The translations under genes and the position numbers were made by a program. Under the pieces are notes generated by a model. That model searched no databases. It was not told the DNA's origin and was given only the letters and a program-made list of their open reading frames with translations. From Actinomycetota bacterium (GTDB lineage Bacteria > Actinomycetota > Actinomycetes > Nanopelagicales > Nanopelagicaceae), in contig JAPLBP010000154.1 in assembly GCA_026392695.1 (NCBI GenBank), positions 7,854-71,853 of the forward strand: a stretch of 64,000 bases of DNA. The letters run 5' to 3'. Numbering within the stretch: position 1 is the first letter of the stretch; every line of letters begins with the position of its first letter. Shown piece by piece: positions 30,748 to 41,170 of this stretch.

Positions 30748-30880
30748 TTATCCACAGGCTGTGGTCTAAACCTGAGGTTGAGCGTCTCAACTAGCCTCTA
30801 ATGGCTAGAAACCCACCCAACCTGTGGATGATGTTGGAAAACTAGAGGTCTTTTGGAAGAAAAGCAAGTAGTTATCCACA
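30748..30880. promoter_or_regulatory. DnaA boxes in the rpmH-dnaA divergent promoter region
   Basis: TTATCCACA at 30748-30756 and 30872-30880; TGTGGATGA at 30823-30831 (complement TCATCCACA). Confidence 0.55.
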
Positions 30881-30931
30881 AGACCACCCCTCGAAAGGCA
30901 ATATCACAGCCCCAAAAGGGATTTCTTCAGT

Positions 30932-30961
30932 TTGACCCTCTTCACCCCTGACCTCTACCGT
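30932..30961 (+). promoter_or_regulatory. Candidate rpmH promoter (TTGACC-N18-TACCGT)
   Basis: The -35-like hexamer at 30932-30937 and TANNNT-type -10 at 30956-30961 lie about 55 nt upstream of the rpmH ATG. Confidence 0.3.
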
Positions 30962-31014
30962 TGCCTCTTCATTCTCAATTAATCGAATTTTTAGGTTTTT
31001 TCAAGGAGTTCTTC

Positions 31015-31152
31015 ATGACTAAACGCACCTTCCAGCCGAATGTACGTCGGCGAGCGAAGAAGCATGGCTTTCGTGCCCGCATGGCAACACGCGCCGGCCG
31101 AGCTGTACTTTCGGCCCGTCGTGCTAAAGGTCGCGCTCGAATCTCGGCGTAA
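31015..31152 (+). CDS. rpmH: 50S ribosomal protein L34
   Basis: [23 protein letters not shown]..., with ATG behind AAGGAG. Confidence 0.95.
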   Translation: MTKRTFQPNVRRRAKKHGFRARMATRAGRAVLSARRAKGRARISA

Positions 31153-31161
31153 CCCTTTCTC

Positions 31162-31506
31162 GTGCTACCACGAAGTGCACGCCTAACATCACCCAATGAT
31201 TTTTCTCGAACAACAAAGAGTGGTTTTAGGTTTACTTCATCATCCTTGGTGACTTATTTGTATCTAACAGGGGAAAATACTCCTGCCCGAGCGGGATTGA
31301 TTATTAGCAAAAGTACCGGGGGCTCAGTCGTTCGCCATGCAGTTGCTCGTCAATTACGTCATGGCTTACGCGCTCACTTAGAAACTCTTCCCAAAGGTGC
31401 ACTTATTGTTGTGCGCACCCTTCCATCAACAAATCGTTCCGGACTTCAAAAAGAACTTTCAAAAGTTATACCTCAACTCCTGAGCAAATCTAAGGTTTCG
31501 CAATGA
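31162..31506 (+). CDS. rnpA: Ribonuclease P protein component
   Basis: Basic 114-aa protein directly after rpmH, with an RNR-like motif region (VVRHAVARQLRH). Confidence 0.9.
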   Translation: MLPRSARLTSPNDFSRTTKSGFRFTSSSLVTYLYLTGENTPARAGLIISKSTGGSVVRHAVARQLRHGLRAHLETLPKGALIVVRTLPSTNRSGLQKELSKVIPQLLSKSKVSQ

Positions 31507-31748
31507 GAGCTTTAATCACTGCACCGATAAAAATTTATCAAAAATGGATCTCTCCAATGTTTCCGGCTCGATGTAAGTACTACCCATCGTGTTCCTCATA
31601 TGCAGTAACGGCGATTACAACGTACGGGATTAAAGGAATATTTATGGCGTTTTGGCGTTTGCTTCGGTGCAACCCTTGGTCGCACGGCGGAGTTGACTAT
31701 GTAAAACCAAGAAACAGTTCATTTCTAAGTGAGGGCGTTACTCAATGA
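31503..31748 (+). CDS. yidD: Membrane protein insertion efficiency factor YidD
   Basis: Motifs YQKWISP....CKYYPSCSSYA and RCNPW. Confidence 0.9.
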   Translation: MRALITAPIKIYQKWISPMFPARCKYYPSCSSYAVTAITTYGIKGIFMAFWRLLRCNPWSHGGVDYVKPRNSSFLSEGVTQ

Positions 31749-32659
31749 GCACCATACTAAATCCCTTATATATCGCTGTTTCTTGGGTGATTATTACGAT
31801 TCACAAAGCCGTATCACCGATTTTCTCGCCGGACAGCGGTATCTCATGGGCCCTTTCAATTATTGGGCTAGTGATTCTTATTCGGATTCTCCTTATTCCA
31901 CTTTTTGTGAAACAGATCAAGAGCCAAAGGGCACTTACAGCGCTCCAACCGCATCTCAAAGCAATTCAAACAAAACACAAAGATGATCGTCAGAAGCAAT
32001 CAGAAGAAATGATGAAGCTCTACAAAGAGCACAAAACAAATCCACTTGCTTCTTGCTTTCCAATCCTTGCGCAGGCGCCAATCTTCTTTGCTTTATTTAC
32101 CGTTCTTAATGGAATTGGTAAGAACCCCCCAACTGCCCACGGAGTGCTTACTCAAGCGGATGTAAATAATGCCGCGCATGCTACGATTTTCGGCGCGAGA
32201 ATTTCTGCAACTTTCCTCGGTTCAACCGATGGATCAGTGAAGCTAGTTACAATTCTTCTTATCGCTTTTATGTCGATCACAACCTTTACGACGCAACGAC
32301 AGTTGATGGTTAAAGGAATGCCAAAAATGGACTCAAGCAACAACATGATGTTGCAACAGCAAAAAATTATGTTGTATGCGTTCCCTTTAATCTTTGCTGT
32401 ATCAGGAGTGAACTTTCCGATCGGTGTTTTGATCTACTGGTCGACAACCAACTTGTGGACTTGGGGCCAACAGTTCTACGTCATCAAACGTAACCCGACA
32501 CCCGGTTCGCCAGCGTATATAGAGCTGCAAGAAAAGCGGGCGAAAAAAAGTGGCACTCCACTTCCTGAGGTTTCGACGACTGAAGAGACCCAACCAGAGA
32601 CAGAAGTTAAAGGTCAACGCCAACAACCCACCAAGAAAAAGAAGCCAAAAAAGAAGTAA
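31745..32659 (+). CDS. yidC: Membrane protein insertase YidC
   Basis: Short Gram-positive-type YidC with a conserved TM core (LIPLFVKQ..S, MKLYKEHKTNPL..C.P.L.Q.PIFFAL) and a Lys-rich tail. Confidence 0.9.
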   Translation: MSTILNPLYIAVSWVIITIHKAVSPIFSPDSGISWALSIIGLVILIRILLIPLFVKQIKSQRALTALQPHLKAIQTKHKDDRQKQSEEMMKLYKEHKTNPLASCFPILAQAPIFFALFTVLNGIGKNPPTAHGVLTQADVNNAAHATIFGARISATFLGSTDGSVKLVTILLIAFMSITTFTTQRQLMVKGMPKMDSSNNMMLQQQKIMLYAFPLIFAVSGVNFPIGVLIYWSTTNLWTWGQQFYVIKRNPTPGSPAYIELQEKRAKKSGTPLPEVSTTEETQPETEVKGQRQQPTKKKKPKKK

Positions 32660-32724
32660 CCTCACATATAGCCTAAATAGGATTATTCATACTAAACCCG
32701 ACAAATGGGTACAAGGAGAAGAGA

Positions 32725-33255
32725 ATGACTAAGAGTGAAGCGGTAGATGAGGCAGTAAGCCCTGAAAAAGGTGAAAAGACGGAGAAAGAGACCTCCCTCA
32801 TCTCCAAATTGGAAGAAGAAGGGGATATTGCAGCAGATTACCTTGAAGGCTTACTAGATATCACTGATCTAGATGGCGATATCGATATTGACGTCGAAAA
32901 TGATCGCGCCTCTTTGGCGATTGTCGGTGGCAAATTACGCCACCTCGTAGGAAGTGACGGCGAAGTTCTTGACGCCATCCAGGAATTGACCCGCCTAGCA
33001 GTTCAAACCTCTACAGGTGATAGAAGCAGATTAATGCTCGACATTGATGGCTACCGCGCAGGGCGGAAGGCTGAGCTTCGGAAATTAGCTAAAGCGACAG
33101 CTGACGAGGCGAAAGAGAGCAAAAGCTCGATCAAACTCTCACCTATGAATGCTTTCGAACGTAAAATTATTCATGACACAATCCAGGAATTGGGCCTAAC
33201 GAGCGAATCTGAGGGTGAAGACCCAGATCGCTGCGTCATCATCTTCCCGGCCTAA
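32725..33255 (+). CDS. jag: Jag/KhpB-like R3H-domain RNA-binding protein
   Basis: KH-like plus R3H C-terminus (ERKIIHDT..., SESEGEDP.R.V.I), in the position after yidC. Confidence 0.85.
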   Translation: MTKSEAVDEAVSPEKGEKTEKETSLISKLEEEGDIAADYLEGLLDITDLDGDIDIDVENDRASLAIVGGKLRHLVGSDGEVLDAIQELTRLAVQTSTGDRSRLMLDIDGYRAGRKAELRKLAKATADEAKESKSSIKLSPMNAFERKIIHDTIQELGLTSESEGEDPDRCVIIFPA

Positions 33256-33265
33256 CCTTCGCATT

Positions 33266-33853
33266 ATGGAGGACTTGGTTTCACGTGAAACCCTCATCTC
33301 CCGCTATTTTCCAGAGCGGGAAAGTGAAATCCGTTCCTATGTTGACCTTCTTGTTGGCGACGGCGTGCTTAAAGGCCTTATCGGTCCCCGCGAGGGAGAA
33401 CGTATCTGGGAAAGGCATATTTTTAATTCCCTACCTGTCTCCGCGCTCATTCCTCAAGGCGCCAGCGTGATCGATATCGGCTCAGGAGCTGGCCTCCCAG
33501 GCATTCCATTAGCTTTAGCCCGGCCGGATATTTCTTTGACCCTTATTGAGCCTTTACAAAGACGCGTAGATTTCCTCATCGAGGCATGTGCCCATTTGCC
33601 CATTACCGTTCTTCGAGGCAGGGCTCAAGATTTCAAAATCCGCGCGGAGGTCGTTACGGCGCGGGCAGTGGCCCCTTTTGAGAAATTAAAAGCGATGAGT
33701 TGGCACCTTCTTGATAAAAAAGGCTATTTATTAGCGATAAAGGGCCATACCGCTCCAGCCGAAGCGTCTTTGGTTGTGGGGGCTCAAGTGCATGAGATCC
33801 AACTCGAAGGCCTTGAACTAGGGCGAGTTATCTCTTTGCAAAAGGGTGCTTGA
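33266..33853 (+). CDS. rsmG: 16S rRNA (guanine527-N7)-methyltransferase
   Basis: SAM motif VIDIGSGAGLPGIPLA. Start at ATG 33266 (MEDLVSRET...). Confidence 0.9.
   Translation: MEDLVSRETLISRYFPERESEIRSYVDLLVGDGVLKGLIGPREGERIWERHIFNSLPVSALIPQGASVIDIGSGAGLPGIPLALARPDISLTLIEPLQRRVDFLIEACAHLPITVLRGRAQDFKIRAEVVTARAVAPFEKLKAMSWHLLDKKGYLLAIKGHTAPAEASLVVGAQVHEIQLEGLELGRVISLQKGA
33277..33292. promoter_or_regulatory. parS centromere site GGTTTCACGTGAAACC
   Basis: Perfect 16-bp palindrome. The central 14 nt match the consensus tGTTTCACGTGAAACa. It lies in codons 4-9 of rsmG. Confidence 0.8.
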
Positions 33854-34785
33854 ATAACTCTATGGAGGATTCACGTGAAACATCCCAAACTGTTGGTCGG
33901 CCGGTTATCGGAGTCCGCCGACTAAAAGAGGCGATGGCTAAACCACGAGCCTTGCGGATCTTCTCTGTATCGAACCAAAAAGGTGGGGTTGGCAAGACAA
34001 CAACCACAGTCAATATCGCCGCAGCGTTAGCTATGGGAGGACTTCGCACCCTTGTCATTGATCTAGATCCGCAAGGCAATGCCAGTACAGCCCTCGGAGT
34101 GGAGCACCAGAAGAACGAGGGTATTTACGAGGTTTTAATGGGAAGCACATCCATAGCCTCTGTCGTGCAAAAAGTAGCCGGATTTCCACATTTGGAATGC
34201 ATCTCCTCAAACACGGCGCTAGCGCAAGCCGAAATTAATTTAGTAGGAATGGTCGCGCGTGAACTTCGATTAAAAGAGTCCCTTCAAGAACTTGTCGAGA
34301 TACGACAAGCACAAGGTGAGGGTTATGACTACATCTTGATTGATTGCCCACCTAGTTTGGGATTATTAACAGTCAATGCTTTAGCCGCTGCGCAAGAATT
34401 GTTAATCCCCATTCAATGTGAGTACTACGCACTTGAAGGTCTAACTCAATTATTGGAAACTTATTCAATCGTTAAGAAGCGTCTCAACGCAGATCTGAAA
34501 TTGTCGACCATTGTTCTCACTATGTTTGACGGAAGAACACGACTCGCAAACGACGTAGCGGCGAGTGTTCGCACACATTTTCCTACAGAGCTGATTGATA
34601 TTCCTATTCCTCGAGCTGTGCGCATCTCAGAGGCGCCCTCGTATGGACAAACAGTTATGACATATGACCCTGTCTCTCCCGGCGCTATTGCTTATATGCA
34701 GGTAGCAAGAGAAATTGCAGAGCGGGGAAAAGCATTTGATTCAAATGTTGTAAGTATTAATTATAAAAAAGGAGAGAGCGCATGA
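33850..34785 (+). CDS. parA: Chromosome partitioning ATPase ParA/Soj
   Basis: Deviant Walker A NQKGGVGKTTT and DLDPQGN. The true start may be an internal Met. Confidence 0.93.
   Translation: MNNSMEDSRETSQTVGRPVIGVRRLKEAMAKPRALRIFSVSNQKGGVGKTTTTVNIAAALAMGGLRTLVIDLDPQGNASTALGVEHQKNEGIYEVLMGSTSIASVVQKVAGFPHLECISSNTALAQAEINLVGMVARELRLKESLQELVEIRQAQGEGYDYILIDCPPSLGLLTVNALAAAQELLIPIQCEYYALEGLTQLLETYSIVKKRLNADLKLSTIVLTMFDGRTRLANDVAASVRTHFPTELIDIPIPRAVRISEAPSYGQTVMTYDPVSPGAIAYMQVAREIAERGKAFDSNVVSINYKKGESA
33867..33882. promoter_or_regulatory. parS-like site GGATTCACGTGAAACA
   Basis: 14/16 match to the parS consensus, within the first codons of parA. Confidence 0.6.
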
Positions 34786-35639
34786 GTGTCAAACGTGGCG
34801 GCCTAGGCACAAATCTTGATGCCTTAATTCCGACTTCGCTTTCCATTCAAGGCGTCGAGGTTGGCCAACAAAACGAAATCGCAATTGACTCAATTATTCC
34901 TAACGCGAAACAACCAAGAACTTATTTCGATGAAGAAGCACTGCGCGAACTAACTAATTCAATAAAAGAAGTTGGAATTCTGCAACCCCCTGTAGTGCGT
35001 GAGATTTCCTTTGGTCGCTACGAATTAATTATGGGCGAACGACGCCTTAGGGCTGCCAAAGCTGCAGGGTTAACAAAGATGCCTGTAATTATCAGACAAA
35101 CCGCCAATGACGAACTTTTGCGCGAGGCCCTCATTGAAAATATTCATCGTAGCCAACTCAATGCTCTTGAAGAAGGAGCGGCTTACTCTCAACTCTTAGA
35201 TGATTTCAAATACACACATGATGTGTTAGCAAACAAAATAGGAAAATCACGATCGCATATCACCAACACAATTAGACTTTTGCAGTTGCCCCCCACAGTT
35301 CAACGTAAAGTTGCGACGGGAGTTATCTCTGCAGGTCACGCGCGAGCGCTCTTAGGTTTACAAAACGCTAGCGAGATTGAGAGATTAGCAAACAGGATCG
35401 TTGCGGAAGGGCTAAGTGTTCGCGCCATCGAGGAAATTGTAGCGACCAACTCTTCGAGAGAGATCAAAAAGCGCAAAAAAGATAGCCCCGTACGTCGATT
35501 TTCAGAGATGTCAGAGCGACTTTCAGAGTTACTAGATACTCGAGTTACTGTGCAATCAGGGAAAAACATCGGAAAAATTATTATCGAATTTTCTGGAGCG
35601 GAAGACCTTAAGAGAATTGCCGAAATTCTAGAAAACTAA
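34782..35639 (+). CDS. parB: Chromosome partitioning protein ParB/Spo0J
   Basis: ParB box GERRLRAA, HTH region (LANKIGKSRSHITNTIRLL). ATGA overlap with parA. Confidence 0.93.
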   Translation: MSVKRGGLGTNLDALIPTSLSIQGVEVGQQNEIAIDSIIPNAKQPRTYFDEEALRELTNSIKEVGILQPPVVREISFGRYELIMGERRLRAAKAAGLTKMPVIIRQTANDELLREALIENIHRSQLNALEEGAAYSQLLDDFKYTHDVLANKIGKSRSHITNTIRLLQLPPTVQRKVATGVISAGHARALLGLQNASEIERLANRIVAEGLSVRAIEEIVATNSSREIKKRKKDSPVRRFSEMSERLSELLDTRVTVQSGKNIGKIIIEFSGAEDLKRIAEILEN

Positions 35640-35643
35640 GTGG

Positions 35644-36912
35644 CTACTCAGTGATCTGAAAACCACTGCGTCGACGTTCAATCTCTTGATCTACCACGTG
35701 ACCTAGCGCTTTAACTCCCTCTCGAATTCTTTCAGGAGTTGGGTGGCAATAAGACAAACGCATTGCCCAAGAACCAAATCCATCAGCGTAAAAAGCAGTT
35801 CCGGGAACATAAGCAACTTTTGCGACGATGGCTTTAGGCATCATTAACTTAGTGTCAATCTCTGGAGGTAAATTCACCCAAACATAGAAACCGCCACCTG
35901 GTTTTGTCCACGTCGAAGAAGCGGGGAAATATTGTTCAAGTGATTCCAACATCGCATCTCGTCGTACTTTGTAAAGTTCACAAAAAGAGGAAATTTGATC
36001 GCGCCATGGTTGGTTGGCCAAATAATTCGAAATCGTCAACTGAGTGAAGTTGGATGGACACAAAATTGAAGACTCGCTAGCGATGACCAATTTTTCCTTC
36101 AAGGAAGGAGGAACAAGTGCCCAACCCACGCGTAAACCTGCCGCAATAGTTTTGGAAAATGAACCAAGATAAATAACGTTCTCACTGTCTTCCGCCCTCA
36201 TTGCGTTAGGGGAAGCTTTGTCGAATCCAAGAAGGCCATAAGGGTTATCTTCCACAACAAAAATTTCTTCATTTCTGCAGATCTCTAATATTTCCGTACG
36301 TCGATCCGCGGGAAGAAGTACCCCAGTTGGGTTCTGATAGTTGGGAATTAAATACAAAAATTTAATTTTACGACCAGAATTCCGAACCGAACTTATCGCC
36401 TGTTGTAGCGCTTCAGGAATCAGTCCTTGATCATCCATGCTGACGTGAACTACCTGAGCTTCATATTGATGGAAAGTTCCAAGAGCGCCAACATAGGAAG
36501 GGGCTTCCACAAGTACTACATCACCTGGATCAATAAAAATTCTCGAAATTAAGTCCAAAGCTTGTTGCGATCCCGTTGTCACAATAATGTCATCAGGGTT
36601 TGCACGGATTCCCTCAAGAGCCATCACATCGCAAATCTGTTCACGCAATTTCGGATGGCCTTGGCCACTTCCGTATTGAAGAGCCTCGGCGCCATTTGTC
36701 ATAATGAGGTTGTGAACAACTGAAGCCATCATCTCCATTGGCAGAGCTGAGAGGTTAGGCATCCCTCCAGCCAAGGAAACAATTTCCGGACGTGAGGCGA
36801 CAGCAAAAAGCGACCGTATTTCACTCGGTTGCATACCGGCTGCGCGGGAGGCAAAACGCTGCTCCAAAAATTGCGGGTCCCCGGTTTGGTGTCGAGCCAC
36901 GTGTGATGACAT
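35644..36912 (-). CDS. PLP-dependent aminotransferase (class I/II fold)
   Basis: Motifs NPTG, SFSKTIAAGLRVGW (PLP Lys) and a C-terminal R...Y pattern. Confidence 0.8.
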   Translation of the reverse strand: MSSHVARHQTGDPQFLEQRFASRAAGMQPSEIRSLFAVASRPEIVSLAGGMPNLSALPMEMMASVVHNLIMTNGAEALQYGSGQGHPKLREQICDVMALEGIRANPDDIIVTTGSQQALDLISRIFIDPGDVVLVEAPSYVGALGTFHQYEAQVVHVSMDDQGLIPEALQQAISSVRNSGRKIKFLYLIPNYQNPTGVLLPADRRTEILEICRNEEIFVVEDNPYGLLGFDKASPNAMRAEDSENVIYLGSFSKTIAAGLRVGWALVPPSLKEKLVIASESSILCPSNFTQLTISNYLANQPWRDQISSFCELYKVRRDAMLESLEQYFPASSTWTKPGGGFYVWVNLPPEIDTKLMMPKAIVAKVAYVPGTAFYADGFGSWAMRLSYCHPTPERIREGVKALGHVVDQEIERRRSGFQITE

Positions 36913-36956
36913 TGGAGGAGTCTTTCACACCTTAAGCGGTCTTCGTGGACGGGTTT

Positions 36957-38129
36957 CTAGCGGCGCAATCCAGCTTTACGAAGATCGGCAATTCTTAATG
37001 TTCCCGTTTTAGCGTCATCCTCAGAGGATAAATAGAGGCGTTGAATAGCAATAACTACTGCTTCTGCAATTACATCACGAAAATCTGGTCTGGTGAGTCG
37101 TTCCGCGTCTCCCGGGTGGCTCAAATAACCGACATCGATACGCACTGTCGGAGACTTTGTTAACCGCAGTAAATCCCACGTTTTAGCATGGGTGCGGCAA
37201 TTAGCAAGATCTGTACGAGCACAAATCTCTCTTTGAACCAATGAGGCAAAACGTTCTCCCACAACTGAATGAATTCCGTGCGCTCCGCTGCCGTAATAGT
37301 AGGTCGCAACCCCATGGGCTTTTTCGTTGCGGTAACTATCAGTATGAAAAGAAACTATGAGGTCTGCTTTTGTTTCATTTGAAAAAGCGATTCTCTCTAC
37401 TTCGCTTGGAGAATTCGTTAGCCCCCTAGTAAGAAAGACGCTGACACCTAGAGCTAAGAGTCTGCCTTCAAGACGTTGCGCGATGTCATAGACGATCTCA
37501 GATTCAGTGCACCCGTTTCCGGATATTCCGAAATCAGATCCACCGCAACTGGGATCCAAAACAATAATTTTGTTTGCTAGTGAGGGGCCTCGATTTTTTT
37601 GAACTGCGCTCTCCCTCAATATCGCTGGTGCTCCTCCAGAAACCGTGCGAGTAAGTCTCATCAAAGCGGTAATAGTTGCTGCCCCACATCTGCCATCAAC
37701 TGCGACGCCGACTGATTTTTGAAATTCCTTTACGGCGTCTTCTGTGCGCAAACCATAAACACCATCAACGCGACCACAATCAAAACCCATTTCTGTAAGC
37801 CGTCCTTGAAGGGTAGCCACATCATCACCGCGCATTAACGGTGCTTTTTGTAGTGATAAGGAGCGATCACCTAACTTCCATCGGGCTTCTTCAAGAGCGC
37901 GCAAAGTCATGGAGTTCACAACACCGTTCACCGTGAGCCCACGCGCCTGCTGAAAATTACGAATTGCCAGAACCACTTGTGAATCGATCGACGACGGAAT
38001 TTCCCCATTAGTGCTGATTAGTAGTCCTAGGCGATTCAAAATATTGATGACATGAGTCGGCACATCACCACTAGCACCTAGCGTTAGTTCGATCTCTTCC
38101 ATTGTTTCCATTCCTTGCTGGGGAAACAC
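36957..38129 (-). CDS. cwlM: N-acetylmuramoyl-L-alanine amidase-like regulator with two PG-binding repeats (CwlM-like)
   Basis: Two PG_binding_1 repeats (VLAIRNFQQARGLTVNG, VKEFQKSVGVAVDG) plus an Amidase_3 domain. Mycobacterial-like position beside trxA/trxB. Confidence 0.85.
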   Translation of the reverse strand: MFPQQGMETMEEIELTLGASGDVPTHVINILNRLGLLISTNGEIPSSIDSQVVLAIRNFQQARGLTVNGVVNSMTLRALEEARWKLGDRSLSLQKAPLMRGDDVATLQGRLTEMGFDCGRVDGVYGLRTEDAVKEFQKSVGVAVDGRCGAATITALMRLTRTVSGGAPAILRESAVQKNRGPSLANKIIVLDPSCGGSDFGISGNGCTESEIVYDIAQRLEGRLLALGVSVFLTRGLTNSPSEVERIAFSNETKADLIVSFHTDSYRNEKAHGVATYYYGSGAHGIHSVVGERFASLVQREICARTDLANCRTHAKTWDLLRLTKSPTVRIDVGYLSHPGDAERLTRPDFRDVIAEAVVIAIQRLYLSSEDDAKTGTLRIADLRKAGLRR

Positions 38130-38147
38130 AGGGGCAGTAAAAAAGGT

Positions 38148-38471
38148 CTAAATAAAGGCTTCAAGATCCTTTAATAGAGCAGGTTTCGGCTTTGCCCCGA
38201 TGATCGTCTTGACTACCTGACCATTTACAAACACATTCAAAGTTGGAATAGAAGTAATTCCATACTTAATTGCGATCGCAGATTCTTCGTCAGTATTTAA
38301 CTTTACGATCTTGATCTTGTCACCATGCTCATTCGCAATTTCTTCGAGGATGGGAGCAACTGCGCGACAAGGTCCGCACCACTCAGCCCAAAAATCAACT
38401 AACACCGGTGTGCTGCTCTTGAGTACAACCTCGTCGAAGGTTGACGTCGTTACCGCTTGTGATGCTCCCAT
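38148..38471 (-). CDS. trxA: Thioredoxin
   Basis: WCGPC active site. I start at the internal Met (MGASQAV...), giving 107 aa. The track ORF extends to 38498. Confidence 0.9.
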   Translation of the reverse strand: MGASQAVTTSTFDEVVLKSSTPVLVDFWAEWCGPCRAVAPILEEIANEHGDKIKIVKLNTDEESAIAIKYGITSIPTLNVFVNGQVVKTIIGAKPKPALLKDLEAFI

Positions 38472-38528
38472 TTCCTGCTCCATTTCCCATTGCTTCAATT
38501 GCCTAGAGTACTGCCAGATAAGTTATTT

Positions 38529-39497
38529 TTACGTTATTGAATGCCCTGCCAAAAATTTCTCTGCGTCAAGGGCTGCCTGACAGCCCGATCCAGCCGCAGT
38601 GATTGCTTGTCGGTATCTATGATCAACGAGATCACCGCAGGCAAAAACACCATCTAGATTTGTATGCGTCGTCCTGTCTTTGACAAGAACGTAACCTTCG
38701 CTATCTAGGTCGATTTGCCCAACTACAAGTTCACTTCGCGGTGAATGTCCAATTGCGACAAATAGGCCAGTGAAGTTGTGTTGAGATATTTCTCCTGACA
38801 CAGTGTTACGAAGCTTAAGGCTTTCAACTTTATCTTGTCCGAGAACGTCGACAACTTCATGGTTCCATAAAATTTCAATTTTAGGGTTTGCTAGTGCTCG
38901 CTCGACCATAATTTTCGAGGCTCGCAAGCTGTCACGTCGGTGAATCAAAACAACCTTGGAAGCGAAGCGTGTAAGAAATGTTGCTTCCTCAACAGCGGAA
39001 TCTCCGCCGCCAACAACTGCGATTACTTGGTCTCTAAAAAAGAAACCATCGCATGTAGCACACCAAGAAACTCCACGTCCAGAAAGTCTCTTTTCGTTTT
39101 CGAGTCCAATTTCACGAAAAGCCGAACCCATCGCAAGGATCACGGACTTACTTTTCAGAGTGTTGCCAGAGCCATCTTTGAGAGTCTTAATAGGACCAGA
39201 CAATTCCATTTCAACAATATCGTCAGTAACTAATGTGCTTCCAAATCGAGATGCTTGTTTTCGCATTGAATCCATGAGATCGGGACCCATAACGCCATCA
39301 GTAAAACCTGGAAAATTCTCAACCTCGGTTGTATTCATTAGTGCTCCACCGGCGGTGACTGAACCCTCGTAAAGTACGGGCGCAAGTTGCGCGCGAGCCG
39401 CATAGATCGCTGATGTGTATCCAGCGGGACCAGAGCCCACAATTATTACTTCATGGACGGTCTCTTGTGCCCCAGCAGGTGCATTATCAATAGCCAT
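38529..39497 (-). CDS. trxB: Thioredoxin-disulfide reductase
   Basis: Motifs GSGPAGYT, redox CATC, GGGDSA, HRRD. Confidence 0.93.
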   Translation of the reverse strand: MAIDNAPAGAQETVHEVIIVGSGPAGYTSAIYAARAQLAPVLYEGSVTAGGALMNTTEVENFPGFTDGVMGPDLMDSMRKQASRFGSTLVTDDIVEMELSGPIKTLKDGSGNTLKSKSVILAMGSAFREIGLENEKRLSGRGVSWCATCDGFFFRDQVIAVVGGGDSAVEEATFLTRFASKVVLIHRRDSLRASKIMVERALANPKIEILWNHEVVDVLGQDKVESLKLRNTVSGEISQHNFTGLFVAIGHSPRSELVVGQIDLDSEGYVLVKDRTTHTNLDGVFACGDLVDHRYRQAITAAGSGCQAALDAEKFLAGHSIT

Positions 39498-39517
39498 AGT
39501 GTGACCATAACGCCGAA

Positions 39518-41170
39518 TTAGGCGTCTTTATTCCCTTCACTTGGTGGAACTCTTCTAAATTGAGTTTTTATCATCGACGCCATTGTTGATATCTCTTCGA
39601 CACCAAGGGCTTTGGCGGAAAGGTAATACCCAAAAGGACTCACTATAAGAATCAACACTAGTTCCCCTAGTCGAACAAGTGCAGTCGAATCATTGCTTAC
39701 CCACGTGAAGTATTGGGAAATTGCGAACATCGGGAGCATAGACATTAAGGATGCAATAAATAGGCGATTATGTTGGGAGGAAAAGTCACCAAAGCTTATT
39801 CGACCTGTGTGACGCGAAAGCAAAGCTAATGTAATGAAAAGACCCAGAATGTAACTGATCGAGAAAGCTAATCCGAGTCCGACCGTCACCCACTCATTCT
39901 TAAGTGCCGCCAGGAAAAAATACGATAAAGCAACAGAAATAACGTTGATTAACAGAATAGAGAGAACCTGAGTCCGGGTGTCTTCAAAAGCGTTAAAGCC
40001 CCGGATCAAAATTATGTTGATGCTAAAGGTCACCAGTCCCACTCCAAGAGCGGAAAGTACATATCCAATATAGGTCGAGTCCGCTTTTTGAATGCCAAAA
40101 AATAGAACGCGAGTAATAATCGGACCGAAGAGCAAAAAGGCGACACCCGACGGGATTGTAATCACACCGACCATTTTTATTGCTCGAAGTAATTGCTCTC
40201 GAACCTCATCGCGTCTCTTCTCGATTGCAAGTTTTGAAAGATGGGGAAGGAGGGCCGTGATGAGTGAAATCGTGACAATTGAGTAGGGCAACATCATTAT
40301 TAGGTAAGCGTTGCCAAAAGGAGTAAATCCCACACCCGTCTGTATTCCCTCTTTTGCGCTACGGACCGCTGCAGTGGTGGCGACATTAACTGTGACCAAA
40401 TACCCGAGTTGAGAAATGAGGACATACACCAACGTCCACCCTGCCAACGAGAAAGATTTACCCAAACCATTTAAACCAAATCGAGGCCGCAACTTAATCC
40501 CAGTTCTAGCGACGACCGGGATTAGAACTAAAGCTTGGACGACAATTCCTAAAGTGGTTCCCCAACCCAGGATTTGCACTTGAGTATTTGTAATCGTTCC
40601 ACTTGAAAGGTTATGAGTTTCAACGAGCACGCTTAAAAAAACCCCAATCACAATGAGGTTATTAAGAATCGGCGCCCACATAAGAGGGGCAAAAGAACCT
40701 CGGGAATTAGCGACCTGTCCGAGCATCGTAAACAGACCCATAAAGAAAATTTGGGGCAAGCAGTACCTTGTGAACGCTATTGCCAATCGGTATTCATTTT
40801 CAAAACCGGTGGAGGCAAATTCAGGTGCATAAATTCTGACCAGTAACGGTGCAAACAGAACTCCGATGACGACAAGAGCCAACAGAATTCCACTGATTAC
40901 CGTTACGAGGCGTGAAGCAAACCCAGTCCCACCATCCTCATCATCAAAGGAGCGAATAAGTTGAGGGACAAATATTGCAGTGAGTGCGCCACCGACCAAA
41001 AGGTTGTACAAAATATTAGGCATGGTATTTGCGACGTTGTAAGTATCAGCAAGTAAAGCAGTACCCAAGACCGCAACAGCAAGGATATTTCTGATGAAAC
41101 CCGTAGCCCTTGAAACAATCGTGCCAATCGCCATCACACTCGATGCCTTGTACAGGTCGGCAGGCTTCAC
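39518..41170 (-). CDS. murJ: Lipid II flippase MurJ (MviN)
   Basis: 550-aa, roughly 14-TM protein with N-terminal SRATGFIRN..., in the conserved actinobacterial position. Confidence 0.9.
   Translation of the reverse strand: MKPADLYKASSVMAIGTIVSRATGFIRNILAVAVLGTALLADTYNVANTMPNILYNLLVGGALTAIFVPQLIRSFDDEDGGTGFASRLVTVISGILLALVVIGVLFAPLLVRIYAPEFASTGFENEYRLAIAFTRYCLPQIFFMGLFTMLGQVANSRGSFAPLMWAPILNNLIVIGVFLSVLVETHNLSSGTITNTQVQILGWGTTLGIVVQALVLIPVVARTGIKLRPRFGLNGLGKSFSLAGWTLVYVLISQLGYLVTVNVATTAAVRSAKEGIQTGVGFTPFGNAYLIMMLPYSIVTISLITALLPHLSKLAIEKRRDEVREQLLRAIKMVGVITIPSGVAFLLFGPIITRVLFFGIQKADSTYIGYVLSALGVGLVTFSINIILIRGFNAFEDTRTQVLSILLINVISVALSYFFLAALKNEWVTVGLGLAFSISYILGLFITLALLSRHTGRISFGDFSSQHNRLFIASLMSMLPMFAISQYFTWVSNDSTALVRLGELVLILIVSPFGYYLSAKALGVEEISTMASMIKTQFRRVPPSEGNKDA

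Noticed and set aside
30337-30801. 154-aa ORF antisense to dnaA, and similar long antisense ORFs at 12880-13326, 38956-39372, 51890-52291 and 58071-58502
   Set aside because: All lie fully inside well-supported genes on the other strand. They have Ser/Arg/Pro-rich low-information translations and no RBS. They are typical shadow ORFs.
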